From positions 1-32,385 of the forward strand of contig CBDANF010000001.1 in assembly GCA_965197475.1 (NCBI GenBank): a stretch of DNA of 32,385 nt. Reading direction: 5' to 3'. How positions within the stretch are numbered: the first letter of the stretch is position 1; each line of letters begins with the position of its first letter. This DNA is from Candidatus Poribacteria bacterium. GTDB lineage: Bacteria; Poribacteria; WGA-4E; WGA-3G. Positions 10,789 through 19,039 of this stretch are shown here, piece by piece. The position numbers were made by a program, and so were the translations under genes. The notes beneath the pieces were generated by a model. That model ran no database searches. It saw only the letters and a program-made list of their open reading frames with translations, and had not been told where the DNA came from.

Positions 10789-10837
10789 TGTATTCATTGA
10801 ATGTATTCATTTGTATTCATTGAATGTATTCATTGAA
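10789..10837. repeat. Tandem repeat TGTATTCATT(GAA) x4
   Basis: Copies at 10789-10801, 10802-10811 (lacks GAA), 10812-10824 and 10825-10837. Confidence 0.9.
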
Positions 10838-10865
10838 AATTCTCAATTTTTTAAAGGAAAATTAG

Positions 10866-11648
10866 ATGTTACGTTATACTAAAGCGGAATTGATTGAGGA
10901 ACTGAAAAAAATCAGGGACCGAGGATGGATAAAAAGCGTAAGACCGGGGAGTGCAGGAGGTATAGGGCATACATTAGAGGAGTTGTTAGGAATTGAGGAA
11001 AATAATTTACCTATCCCAAACGCTGCTGAGTGGGAACTAAAAACACGGCGAATTGGCACATCCTCACTAACGACACTTTTCCATTTTGAACCATCTCCCC
11101 GTGGCATGAAAATAGTTTCTCAGATTCTTCTACCTTTGTACGGTTGGAAGCACAAAGAAGCAGGTAAAAAATATTCGGTTGATGAGAAAAGTTTCCGCCA
11201 AACTATTAACGCTTTGGAGAGAACAGATAGAGGTTTTGGAATAGAAATTAACCAAGAAGAGAAAAAAGTTGAAATCTCATTTGATGCTGGATCTGTTTCT
11301 TCGCGACACACAGATTGGATAGATTCAGTGAACAAAAGAATTAACCTTGAAGAACTTTCACCTAAACCTTACTGGGGATTTGACGATTTGGCTCATAAAG
11401 CTGGCACAAAACTGTTAAATTGTTTCTATATAAAGGCAGCAGTTAAGCGGATAGAGAAAATTGAGCATTTTCATTATCAAGAAATTTATGTCTTGGAAAA
11501 GTTTAGTCCTGATAAGTTCATTGATACAATCGCAGAAGGTTCAATGCTTATAGATTTTGACGCAAGAACGAAGCATAATCACGGAACGAAATTTAGAATC
11601 AAGCCTAACGTGTTTCCCCAGTTATATGAGAATGTGACTAATATTTAA
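10866..11648 (+). CDS. MvaI/BcnI-family type II restriction endonuclease
   Basis: GGIGHTLEELLGIEENN, WELKT, LTTLF, KLLNCFYIKA, HNHGTKFRI motifs. Directly downstream of the methyltransferase. Confidence 0.85.
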   Translation: MLRYTKAELIEELKKIRDRGWIKSVRPGSAGGIGHTLEELLGIEENNLPIPNAAEWELKTRRIGTSSLTTLFHFEPSPRGMKIVSQILLPLYGWKHKEAGKKYSVDEKSFRQTINALERTDRGFGIEINQEEKKVEISFDAGSVSSRHTDWIDSVNKRINLEELSPKPYWGFDDLAHKAGTKLLNCFYIKAAVKRIEKIEHFHYQEIYVLEKFSPDKFIDTIAEGSMLIDFDARTKHNHGTKFRIKPNVFPQLYENVTNI

Positions 11649-11705
11649 CGCTTTTAGAAATTAACCTGCATGTAACCTGAATCGTCTGATGAAAAAGGAA
11701 ACCCC

Positions 11706-12527
11706 ATGATTGGCATATCATATCACGCAGGCGGCATGAAAGACCTGCCACTCCAAGAAGTTATCTCTATCCTCTCCGAAGTCAGCTACGATGCGATTGA
11801 AATGATGTGCGGACCAGAAGCACATATCCCCTCTGGCGAAATCTCTGACAATCTGCTCAAAGAGATCAAAACGATGATAACCGACCACGGATTAAAGGTC
11901 TCTGTCATCAATCCTTTTACTGGAAAAGGGTTGTATCAACTGGCATTAGAGGACAAGCAGGCTGCGATTGATCACTATGCACTCCTACAGGATGTGGCAG
12001 TAGCACTTGACGCGCACGGAGTCAATTTTCTCACTGGCTACGGAGGCGACAAAGGAGATGCGTTTGCTTGGAAACTGATCGTTGACGCGTTAAAACCGAT
12101 CTGCCGCCGCGCTGAAACGCTTGGGATTACGATGAATATCCATAACCACGAGGCAACGACTATAGATTCATCGTCTAAAGTCACCCTGCTGATTCAACAC
12201 GTAGAATCCGACTCCTTGAAAGCACTAAACGACATCACTAATTTCTATCACTTAGGTGAGGATATTGCTGAAGTCACCGAAAAATTGGGACATCTAACTG
12301 CACACTGCCATGTCAAAGGCGTAACAGGCATGTATCCCTACAGCACTTTTCTAATTCCCGGTGAGGAAGGTGACGAGTTAGATTTTCGCACTTTCGCTGA
12401 AAGCTTAGGCAAAGTCGGCTACGATAAATATATCTCTGTGGAAACCTTTCCGCAAATGCGAATGGAAAAGGCACAGATCGCTTATGATATGATGGCACGA
12501 ACCTTGAAAGAATTGCGGCTTAGGTAA
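11706..12527 (+). CDS. Sugar phosphate isomerase/epimerase (xylose isomerase-like TIM barrel)
   Basis: YDAIE, HNHE, LNDITN, HCHVKG, PGEEGDELDF, GYDKYISVE pattern of the AP-endonuclease-2 fold. Confidence 0.85.
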   Translation: MIGISYHAGGMKDLPLQEVISILSEVSYDAIEMMCGPEAHIPSGEISDNLLKEIKTMITDHGLKVSVINPFTGKGLYQLALEDKQAAIDHYALLQDVAVALDAHGVNFLTGYGGDKGDAFAWKLIVDALKPICRRAETLGITMNIHNHEATTIDSSSKVTLLIQHVESDSLKALNDITNFYHLGEDIAEVTEKLGHLTAHCHVKGVTGMYPYSTFLIPGEEGDELDFRTFAESLGKVGYDKYISVETFPQMRMEKAQIAYDMMARTLKELRLR

Positions 12528-12590
12528 CAAAAGTCGGTCGTATAATTGCACCTTTTGACAAATATTTTACATCCGTGCATCAAGGTCTAA

Positions 12591-12619
12591 TTGCATACTC
12601 CTAAATTTTATGCTATAAT
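12591..12619 (+). promoter_or_regulatory. Sigma70-type promoter
   Basis: TTGCAT (12591-12596), 17 nt, TGc-TATAAT (-10 hexamer at 12614-12619). Confidence 0.7.
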
Positions 12620-12686
12620 ATATGCCGTTGCTTAACGAAACGTTCTTTCTAACACCGTATATCCGTTATATTCAGGAGGCAATCTT

Positions 12687-14123
12687 ATGAAAAGTCTGTG
12701 GGAGTCGCACATCGCTAACGGCAAACTTGTGTTGGCTCTACTCGTATTCGTATCCCTGTTCTTAATAACAGCAAAGGAAACTAATGCCGAAAAGGATAAA
12801 GACATGGAAAAAAATCGTATCCAGATTTACAAAGAAAACCCACGTTATTGGCAGTATAAAGGTGAGCCAATTCTATTAATCGGCGGTTCAGTTGAAGACA
12901 ATCTATTTCAGATCCCGAATCTCAGGGAGCATCTTGAACTGCTCAAGTCGGTTGGTGGTAACTATGTGCGCTCTACGATGGGGTGGAGTGATGAAGGTGA
13001 TGTGCCACCTTTCAAAAAAGTCGGAGACAAATATGACTTAAATCAGTGGAACGAAGAGTTTTGGACACGTTTTCGGAACTTTACAACGTGGACGCACGAG
13101 ATGGATATCATCGTCCAAATCGAAGTGTGGGCGACCTTTACCTATTACCGAGATAATTGGGATGTCAACCCCTTCAATCCAAAAAATAACAGCAATTACA
13201 CAGCAGAGGAAACGGGGTTACCTACTGTTGTCAAAAACCATCCTGTTGCAACGGGTAATAACTTTTTCTGGTCTGTACCGAAAGAGCGCAATCAGGAAAT
13301 TGTCTTAAAATATCAGGAAAAGTTTGTAGATAAGCTTCTCTCCGAGACGCTTCAGTATGGGCATATACTCTACTGCATGGATAACGAAACCGCTGTCACG
13401 GCTGCGTGGGGTGAATATTGGGCAACGTATATCCAGGAAAAAGCGTCGGAAGCAGGACGGGTTGTTGAAACTACGGAGATGTGGGATCCGTGGGATTTAT
13501 CCGATGAGAAGCACAAAGCGACTTTTGACCATCCCGAAACCTATTCGTTCTGTGATATATCACAGAATAACCATCAGAAACGGCAGCGGCATTGGGATAA
13601 TGCCCAGAAAATTCGCGCACAACTTTCACCTATCCGTCCCATCAATAATATTAAGATTTATGGTGCTGATAGCGGACGATTCGGGAGTACGCGAGATGGA
13701 TTGGAGCGATTTTGGCGAAATGTTTTCGGTGGATTTGCATCAGCACGGTTTCACCGTCCTAACAGCGGAGTCGGTTTGAGCGAAATAGCACAAGCACACC
13801 TCAAAAGCATGCGAACCATCACAGACGAGATGGACATCTTTATGTGTAAACCTCACAATGACCTGCTTTCCAACAGAGAAGAAAACGAAGCGTATACCAC
13901 CGCGAACCCTGGGAAGGAATATGCTGTTTACTTTCCGAAAGGCGGCTCAGTCGATCTCAACCTGAGTGCTGGTAAAAGTACAGATACCAAAACGGTATCA
14001 ATCAGATGGCTAAATATCCGCAAAAGCGAATGGAAAAAACAAGAGGAAATCCCGTTCAGCGATAGCATAACATTAACCGCGCCGACCGAAGCGCATTGGG
14101 CAGTTTTGATTCAATCAAAATGA
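12687..14123 (+). CDS. Secreted glycoside-hydrolase-like TIM-barrel protein with C-terminal beta domain (putative collagen-binding-domain type), paralogue 1
   Basis: Hydrophobic N-terminal leader; PRYWQYKGEPILLIGG; MDNE clan GH-A-like motif; C-terminal ANPGKEYAVYFP..W..LTAP..HWAVLI. AGGAGG RBS. Confidence 0.65.
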   Translation: MKSLWESHIANGKLVLALLVFVSLFLITAKETNAEKDKDMEKNRIQIYKENPRYWQYKGEPILLIGGSVEDNLFQIPNLREHLELLKSVGGNYVRSTMGWSDEGDVPPFKKVGDKYDLNQWNEEFWTRFRNFTTWTHEMDIIVQIEVWATFTYYRDNWDVNPFNPKNNSNYTAEETGLPTVVKNHPVATGNNFFWSVPKERNQEIVLKYQEKFVDKLLSETLQYGHILYCMDNETAVTAAWGEYWATYIQEKASEAGRVVETTEMWDPWDLSDEKHKATFDHPETYSFCDISQNNHQKRQRHWDNAQKIRAQLSPIRPINNIKIYGADSGRFGSTRDGLERFWRNVFGGFASARFHRPNSGVGLSEIAQAHLKSMRTITDEMDIFMCKPHNDLLSNREENEAYTTANPGKEYAVYFPKGGSVDLNLSAGKSTDTKTVSIRWLNIRKSEWKKQEEIPFSDSITLTAPTEAHWAVLIQSK

Positions 14124-14171
14124 AGTTCAAGTAAATTGTTGGATTTTCCGTTGTTCAATCCATAGGTGTGT

Positions 14172-14369
14172 TATACTCAATTAACTTGATTCCACTCGAT
14201 AGGTGCGGCTTCTAACCGCACCTTTTTGTCCCAACATCTCAAATAACGCAAAGGACGAGAATATCAGCGTTCGTAGTCGCGCCCTTCATTGCGCCTCGGA
14301 CATTCAAAGAAAAGAGGCGCAATGAAGGGCGCGACTACAAATGAGATAAATCGGGTTAATTTGGTATTA
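14172..14369. mobile_element. MITE-like element, TIR family A, with REP doublet
   Basis: Ends TATACTCAATTAAC and GTTAATTTGGTATTA. Shares GCACCTTTTTGTCCCAACATCTCAAATAACGCAAAGGACGAGAATATC with the 6076 copy. Perfect 25-bp inverted repeat at 14273-14297/14314-14338. Confidence 0.75.
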
Positions 14370-14396
14370 TATCCATTATATTCAGGAGGCAATCTT

Positions 14397-15833
14397 ATGA
14401 AAAGTCTGTGGGAGCCGCACTTCGCTAACGGCAAACTTGTGTTGGCTCTACTCGTATTCGTATCCCTGTTCTTAATAACAGCAAAGGAAACTAATGCCGA
14501 AAAGGATAAAGACATGGAAAAAAATCGTATCCAAATTTATGCAGAAAATCCGCGTTACTGGCAGTATAAAGGTGAGCCAATTCTATTAATCGGAGGTTCA
14601 GTCGAGGACAATCTATTTCAGATCCCGAATCTCAAAGAACATCTCGAATTGTTGAAATCAGTCGGTGGTAACTATGTGCGGTCCACAATGAGTTGGGTTG
14701 ATGAAGGCGATGTGCCACCCCACAAAAAAGTCGGTGACCTATATGACTTAAACCAGTGGAACAACGAATTTTGGACGCGTTTTCGGAACTTCATAACGTG
14801 GACCCACGAGATGGATATTATCGTCCAAATTGAGGTGTGGGCAACCTTCAGTTATTACCGCGAACCTTGGGATACGAATCCTTTCAATCCAAAAAATAAC
14901 AGCAATTACACCGCAGAGGAAACAGGGTTACCTACTGTTGTTAAAAGTCATCCTGTTGCAACAGAGAACAACTTTTTCTGGTCTGTACCAAAAGAACGCA
15001 ATCAGAAAATTGTCTTGAAATATCAAGAAAAGTATGTGGATAAACTTCTCTCTGAGACGCTTCAGTATGGGCACATACTCTACTGTATGGACAATGAGAC
15101 TGAAGTTACGCCTGAATGGGGTAAATACTGGTCAACGTATATCAAAAAGCGAGCAGCCGAAGCTGGACGTGTCGTTGAAACGACTGAGATGTGGAATCCG
15201 TGGGAATTATATCATAGAAAACATCGAGAAACAAGCGACCATCCTGAAATATACTCGTTTTGTGATGTATCACAGAATAATACACAGAAGCGTCAGACAC
15301 ATTGGGATAATGCACAGAAATATCGGGCAGAACTCTCACCGATCCGTCCCATCAATAATGTGAAGATTTACGGTGCTGATACCGGGAAATACGGTAAGAC
15401 ACAAGATGGATTGGCACGGTTCTGGCGAAATATCTTTGGTGGATTTGCGTCAGCACGGTTCCACCGTCCTCCCAACGGACTCGGTTTGAGCAAAACAGCA
15501 CAAGCGAGCCTCAAGAGTATGAGAATGATCACAGGAGAGATGGACGTTTTTACGTGTGAACCTAACAATGATTTGCTTTCTAACAGAGCAGATAACGGCG
15601 CGTATACCATCGCCAACCCCGGAAAGGAATATACTGTCTACTTTCCGAAAGGCGGTTCGGTAAACCTCAATCTGAGTGCTGGTGAAAAGACAGATGCCAA
15701 AACAGTAACAATCAGATGGCTAAATATTCGCAAAAGCAAATGGAAAAAACAAGAGGAAATCCCCTTCAGCGAGAGCATAACACTGTCTGCTCCAACCGAA
15801 GCACATTGGGCAGTCTTGATTCAATCAAAATGA
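14397..15833 (+). CDS. Secreted glycoside-hydrolase-like protein, tandem paralogue 2
   Basis: Colinear 478-aa paralogue of 12687-14123. Start placed at ATG 14397 behind the same AGGAGG RBS; the longer ORF start lies inside the MITE. Confidence 0.65.
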   Translation: MKSLWEPHFANGKLVLALLVFVSLFLITAKETNAEKDKDMEKNRIQIYAENPRYWQYKGEPILLIGGSVEDNLFQIPNLKEHLELLKSVGGNYVRSTMSWVDEGDVPPHKKVGDLYDLNQWNNEFWTRFRNFITWTHEMDIIVQIEVWATFSYYREPWDTNPFNPKNNSNYTAEETGLPTVVKSHPVATENNFFWSVPKERNQKIVLKYQEKYVDKLLSETLQYGHILYCMDNETEVTPEWGKYWSTYIKKRAAEAGRVVETTEMWNPWELYHRKHRETSDHPEIYSFCDVSQNNTQKRQTHWDNAQKYRAELSPIRPINNVKIYGADTGKYGKTQDGLARFWRNIFGGFASARFHRPPNGLGLSKTAQASLKSMRMITGEMDVFTCEPNNDLLSNRADNGAYTIANPGKEYTVYFPKGGSVNLNLSAGEKTDAKTVTIRWLNIRKSKWKKQEEIPFSESITLSAPTEAHWAVLIQSK

Positions 15834-15863
15834 GGTTCAAGTATACAAAATGTGCCAAATTTT

Positions 15864-15892
15864 TTGCATTCTCTACAATCTTGTGTTATAAT
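15864..15892 (+). promoter_or_regulatory. Sigma70-type promoter of the atp operon
   Basis: TTGCAT (15864-15869), 17 nt, TGt-TATAAT (-10 hexamer at 15887-15892). Confidence 0.7.
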
Positions 15893-15956
15893 ATATACCG
15901 TTGCTTAACGAGGAAATCTGTTCTAACGCCATTTTCATTTTATGGGAGCAACCGCC

Positions 15957-16250
15957 ATGTTAAAACATCGGCTAAATCAATTCAAACATGAAAATGTGGG
16001 AATGTTTGACCTCGCTTCGATTGGTATAACGCTTGCACTCGCGATAGTTATCGGTTATTTCGGAGGTAAGTGGATCGGTGGAAAATTAGGCAACGCAGAT
16101 ATCGGGTCGTACATCGGGTTTGTTCTCGGGACCGCTGCAGGTTTCATCGAAATGTTCCGATCAGTAGCTCGGTGGAACCGGCAAATGGAACGCATGGAAA
16201 AGCAACGCCGTGATGCTGCACAACAAGCAAAAAACGATGAAGGAGAATAA
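15957..16250 (+). CDS. AtpZ/AtpI-family (ATPase gene 1 / AtpQ-like) small membrane protein
   Basis: Two TM helices with IGYFGGKWI and IGFVLG..AGF pattern; first gene of the atp operon. GGGAG RBS favours ATG at 15957. Confidence 0.75.
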   Translation: MLKHRLNQFKHENVGMFDLASIGITLALAIVIGYFGGKWIGGKLGNADIGSYIGFVLGTAAGFIEMFRSVARWNRQMERMEKQRRDAAQQAKNDEGE

Positions 16251-16322
16251 CATCTAAGCAACCAGGAATAGGAGATTTTGCATTCGTAATTTGCTTTTAT
16301 CTGGGCAAGGGAGTCGCTCATA

Positions 16323-16970
16323 ATGGATGCCATTTTTGAACTTGAAGATCGATTTATCCGCGACATCTACCTTTTTATATTCCCTTTCACTATAGTAGTC
16401 ATTTTAGAAGCATTGATATCAGAAGCATTGATAACTTCTACGCTTCCGATTTTTCTCATTGGAAGTACTATTGGGTACAGTCTATTCTGGCTTATTGAAT
16501 TTGTAGGTTGGCGGTTTATTCTTCTTGGAAAAACGAAGCAAACAAAGTACGTACAAGGTGTCATCTTTTTCAGTAGGTACACAGTTCTCGGAGGGCTACT
16601 CTATTTCTTGTTTGCTTCAATAGATATTGTATATGCGTGCTTAACTTGCATCGTTTATTTCGGGAGCACGTGGTTCGGTAACAAAGAAGGTGACGCAAAA
16701 AAAGTGACAAATATAGAGATGTTTGCCCTCGCTTCAAACGGGCTAATAGTTATGCTTGCCTTTTGTATCGGTTACTTTGTGGGCAAGTGGATCGGCGGAT
16801 ATTTCGGCTACGCCGAACTCGGAGCATATATCGGGTTAGCTCTCGGTTTTGTTGCTGCGCTTGTGCAGGGGTTTCGAATGGAAAAACAACGTCGCGATGC
16901 TGCAAAAAAATCACAAGACACTAAAGAGAATAACTTATTGAGGCTCAACAATGATTCGCCGTTATTTTGA
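16323..16970 (+). CDS. Fusion of an ATP synthase I-like N-half and a gene-1-like C-half
   Basis: aa 1-97 align with the 16991 protein (DRFIR, LPxFLIGSxIGxSLFW, GKTxxTKY, YTVLGxLLYFLF). aa 130-200 align with the 15957 protein (MFxLAS, IGYFxGKWIGG, RMEKQRRDAA). Confidence 0.75.
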   Translation: MDAIFELEDRFIRDIYLFIFPFTIVVILEALISEALITSTLPIFLIGSTIGYSLFWLIEFVGWRFILLGKTKQTKYVQGVIFFSRYTVLGGLLYFLFASIDIVYACLTCIVYFGSTWFGNKEGDAKKVTNIEMFALASNGLIVMLAFCIGYFVGKWIGGYFGYAELGAYIGLALGFVAALVQGFRMEKQRRDAAKKSQDTKENNLLRLNNDSPLF

Positions 16971-16990
16971 CAAAGGAGTCATCTACTTAA

Positions 16991-17398
16991 ATGGGTCCCA
17001 CGCTTGAATTTGGTGACCGGTTTATCCGACAAGTTTATGTCTTAACAATCTGCCTCACCGTTGTAATTGCTGCAGTATTGTTAGTCTTCAAACGTGTCGC
17101 GCTTCCAAGTTTTCTTATCGGTAGTGTTATTGGTCTGAGTTTGTTCTGGTCACTTGAATTCGTCATTCGGAGACTGGTTCGCCCCGGAAAGACGCAGCGA
17201 ACAAAGTATTTGCTCGGCTTCATCGCACTCAGCAAATATACAGTACTTGGTGTGCTCCTCTATTTCTTGTTTAAAATGAAGTGGATGGTTGTTGAAGCGT
17301 TTGCTGGGGGAATTGTTTTAGTACAAGGTGCCATCATTATCAAAGCAATTGGGTTGATGATAACTATTCTTAGAAAAAAAGACCCTGATCAACCTTAA
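16991..17398 (+). CDS. atpI: ATP synthase protein I
   Basis: 135 aa, four hydrophobic segments, basic, immediately upstream of atpB. Confidence 0.7.
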   Translation: MGPTLEFGDRFIRQVYVLTICLTVVIAAVLLVFKRVALPSFLIGSVIGLSLFWSLEFVIRRLVRPGKTQRTKYLLGFIALSKYTVLGVLLYFLFKMKWMVVEAFAGGIVLVQGAIIIKAIGLMITILRKKDPDQP

Positions 17399-17467
17399 GA
17401 GAAACCTAAAAGTCTACTTTGAAGTGGGAAGTGAAATAATCCCACATTTAAGATATAACAACATAAC

Positions 17468-18355
17468 ATGAAAAAAATATCGTTTATCTGTTTGGTTATC
17501 GGACTTTGTTTCGGAACAGTGACCGGAACTTTCGCAGCTGAGGATGCGTCCTCAACGGAAACCCATGTCAATGAGCAAGGTGAAGCCCATTCCGATGACC
17601 AAAGCCACCGTTCTTGGCTTTCTTGGCTTTCACGGTCGTTACCTAATAGCATCATTCCAGAACCCGATGGATGGCATCAACCGGACCTGATCCCAAACAC
17701 TTTTTTTGCTGTTCTCGTTTTAGCCATATTTTTCGTTCTCGTAACCCGGAAGTTGAAGCGGATTCCCGAAGGAAAAGGACAAACCCTTTTAGAACTGTTT
17801 GTGGGGGGTATCATTGATTTCTTTGGCGGAATCCTCGGCGAACACGGCAAAAAATATGTCCCCTTTGTTGGTTCATTTTTCATCTTCATTCTCTCACTGA
17901 ACTATCTCGGACTCATCCCAGGCTTTCAATCCCCGACAGCAGATCTAAACACAACACTCGCCCTCGGCATAACAGCCGTGTTGGGTGTTCAAATCATCGC
18001 TATTAAAGAGAACGGAATCGGCGGATATCTCAAGCATCTTATGGGCAACCCACCGTGGTTAGGTGTTTTGATGTTTCCACTTGAAGTCATCGCACAGTTA
18101 TCACGGGCAGGGTCACTTGCTGTCCGTCTTTTCGGTAACATCTTCGGTGAAGAATCGGTTATTATTCAACTTACAGGTCTTGGAATCTTCACTATTGCAG
18201 GATCTTTCTTTCTGCCGATACCAGTTCAGATACCAATGCTTTTCTTTGGGTTGTTCGGTGGTCTTCTACAGGCATTCGTTTTTACCGTCTTAACATCTAT
18301 CTATATCGTACTGTTCATAGAACACGGTGAAGAAGCGCATAAAGCGCATCATTAA
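17468..18355 (+). CDS. atpB: ATP synthase Fo subunit a
   Basis: NYLGLIP, PTADLNTT, essential Arg in SLAVRLFGN, LQAFVFTVL. Signal-peptide-like N-terminus. Confidence 0.96.
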   Translation: MKKISFICLVIGLCFGTVTGTFAAEDASSTETHVNEQGEAHSDDQSHRSWLSWLSRSLPNSIIPEPDGWHQPDLIPNTFFAVLVLAIFFVLVTRKLKRIPEGKGQTLLELFVGGIIDFFGGILGEHGKKYVPFVGSFFIFILSLNYLGLIPGFQSPTADLNTTLALGITAVLGVQIIAIKENGIGGYLKHLMGNPPWLGVLMFPLEVIAQLSRAGSLAVRLFGNIFGEESVIIQLTGLGIFTIAGSFFLPIPVQIPMLFFGLFGGLLQAFVFTVLTSIYIVLFIEHGEEAHKAHH

Positions 18356-18408
18356 TTTTCTGTGGGACAAGCGTTAACTTGCCCCTATCTGTCCAAGGAG
18401 GACATTTC

Positions 18409-18762
18409 ATGATTTATTTAGCAGTGTTGGCGTTTGGTGTAACATTAGGCTTGCCTATCGCCGTTATTTTTGCCTCAACAGCGCAGGGCAAGGCAACGAG
18501 TACCGCTCTTGAAGGGATCGCACGTCAACCTGAATCAGCTGCGAAAATTCAAACCGCGATGATTATCGGTTTGGCTCTTATTGAATCGCTCGTAATCTAT
18601 TCACTTTTAATGTTTTTTATTTTGGTGGCAAAGCTCCCTGAAGGTGAAACGCTGAGAGGGATGATTGATGCCGATGCAGGAAAAAGTCAGATTGAACAAG
18701 TCCAAGAAAACGGCACTAACAATGTCGAACTCGAACTCGAAATCCAAGACGAAGACAATTAA
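18409..18762 (+). CDS. atpE: ATP synthase Fo subunit c with C-terminal acidic extension
   Basis: Loop IARQPE, ion-binding LIESLVIY. AAGGAGG RBS before ATG 18409. Confidence 0.95.
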   Translation: MIYLAVLAFGVTLGLPIAVIFASTAQGKATSTALEGIARQPESAAKIQTAMIIGLALIESLVIYSLLMFFILVAKLPEGETLRGMIDADAGKSQIEQVQENGTNNVELELEIQDEDN

Positions 18763-18811
18763 ACGCTACTTCCAACCAATTGGGGCATCCAAAAGTTGGG
18801 GCATAGTAGTA

Positions 18812-19021
18812 ATACCATTTCTGAATGATCGTCTATCATTAGCAAAAAACGCGTTTGTCCTCGCGCAATTCATTGCGCCTCTTGCACGCTTATTCTGAAT
18901 GATCGTCTATCATTAGCAAAAAACGCGTTTGTAGTCGCGCAATTCATTGCGCCTCTTGCACGCTTACATTAGTGTGAATCCCAAAATCTTATAATGATAT
19001 TTTATTTTTCAGAAATGGTAT
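18812..19021. mobile_element. MITE-like element, TIR family C, containing a 74-bp tandem duplication
   Basis: Perfect inverted ends ATACCATTTCTGAA / TTCAGAAATGGTAT, flanked on both sides by TAGTAGTA (18804-18811, 19022-19029). Tandem units 18819-18892 and 18893-18966 differ at 2 nt and each holds a GCGCAATTCATTGCGC hairpin. Confidence 0.8.
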
Positions 19022-19039
19022 TAGTAGTACAGGAAACTC

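Noticed and set aside
14289-14396. 36-aa N-terminal extension of paralogue 2
   Set aside because: Starts inside the MITE. The RBS and the alignment with paralogue 1 place the start at 14397.
18379-18408. TTG start extending atpE
   Set aside because: A strong AAGGAGG RBS points to ATG 18409.
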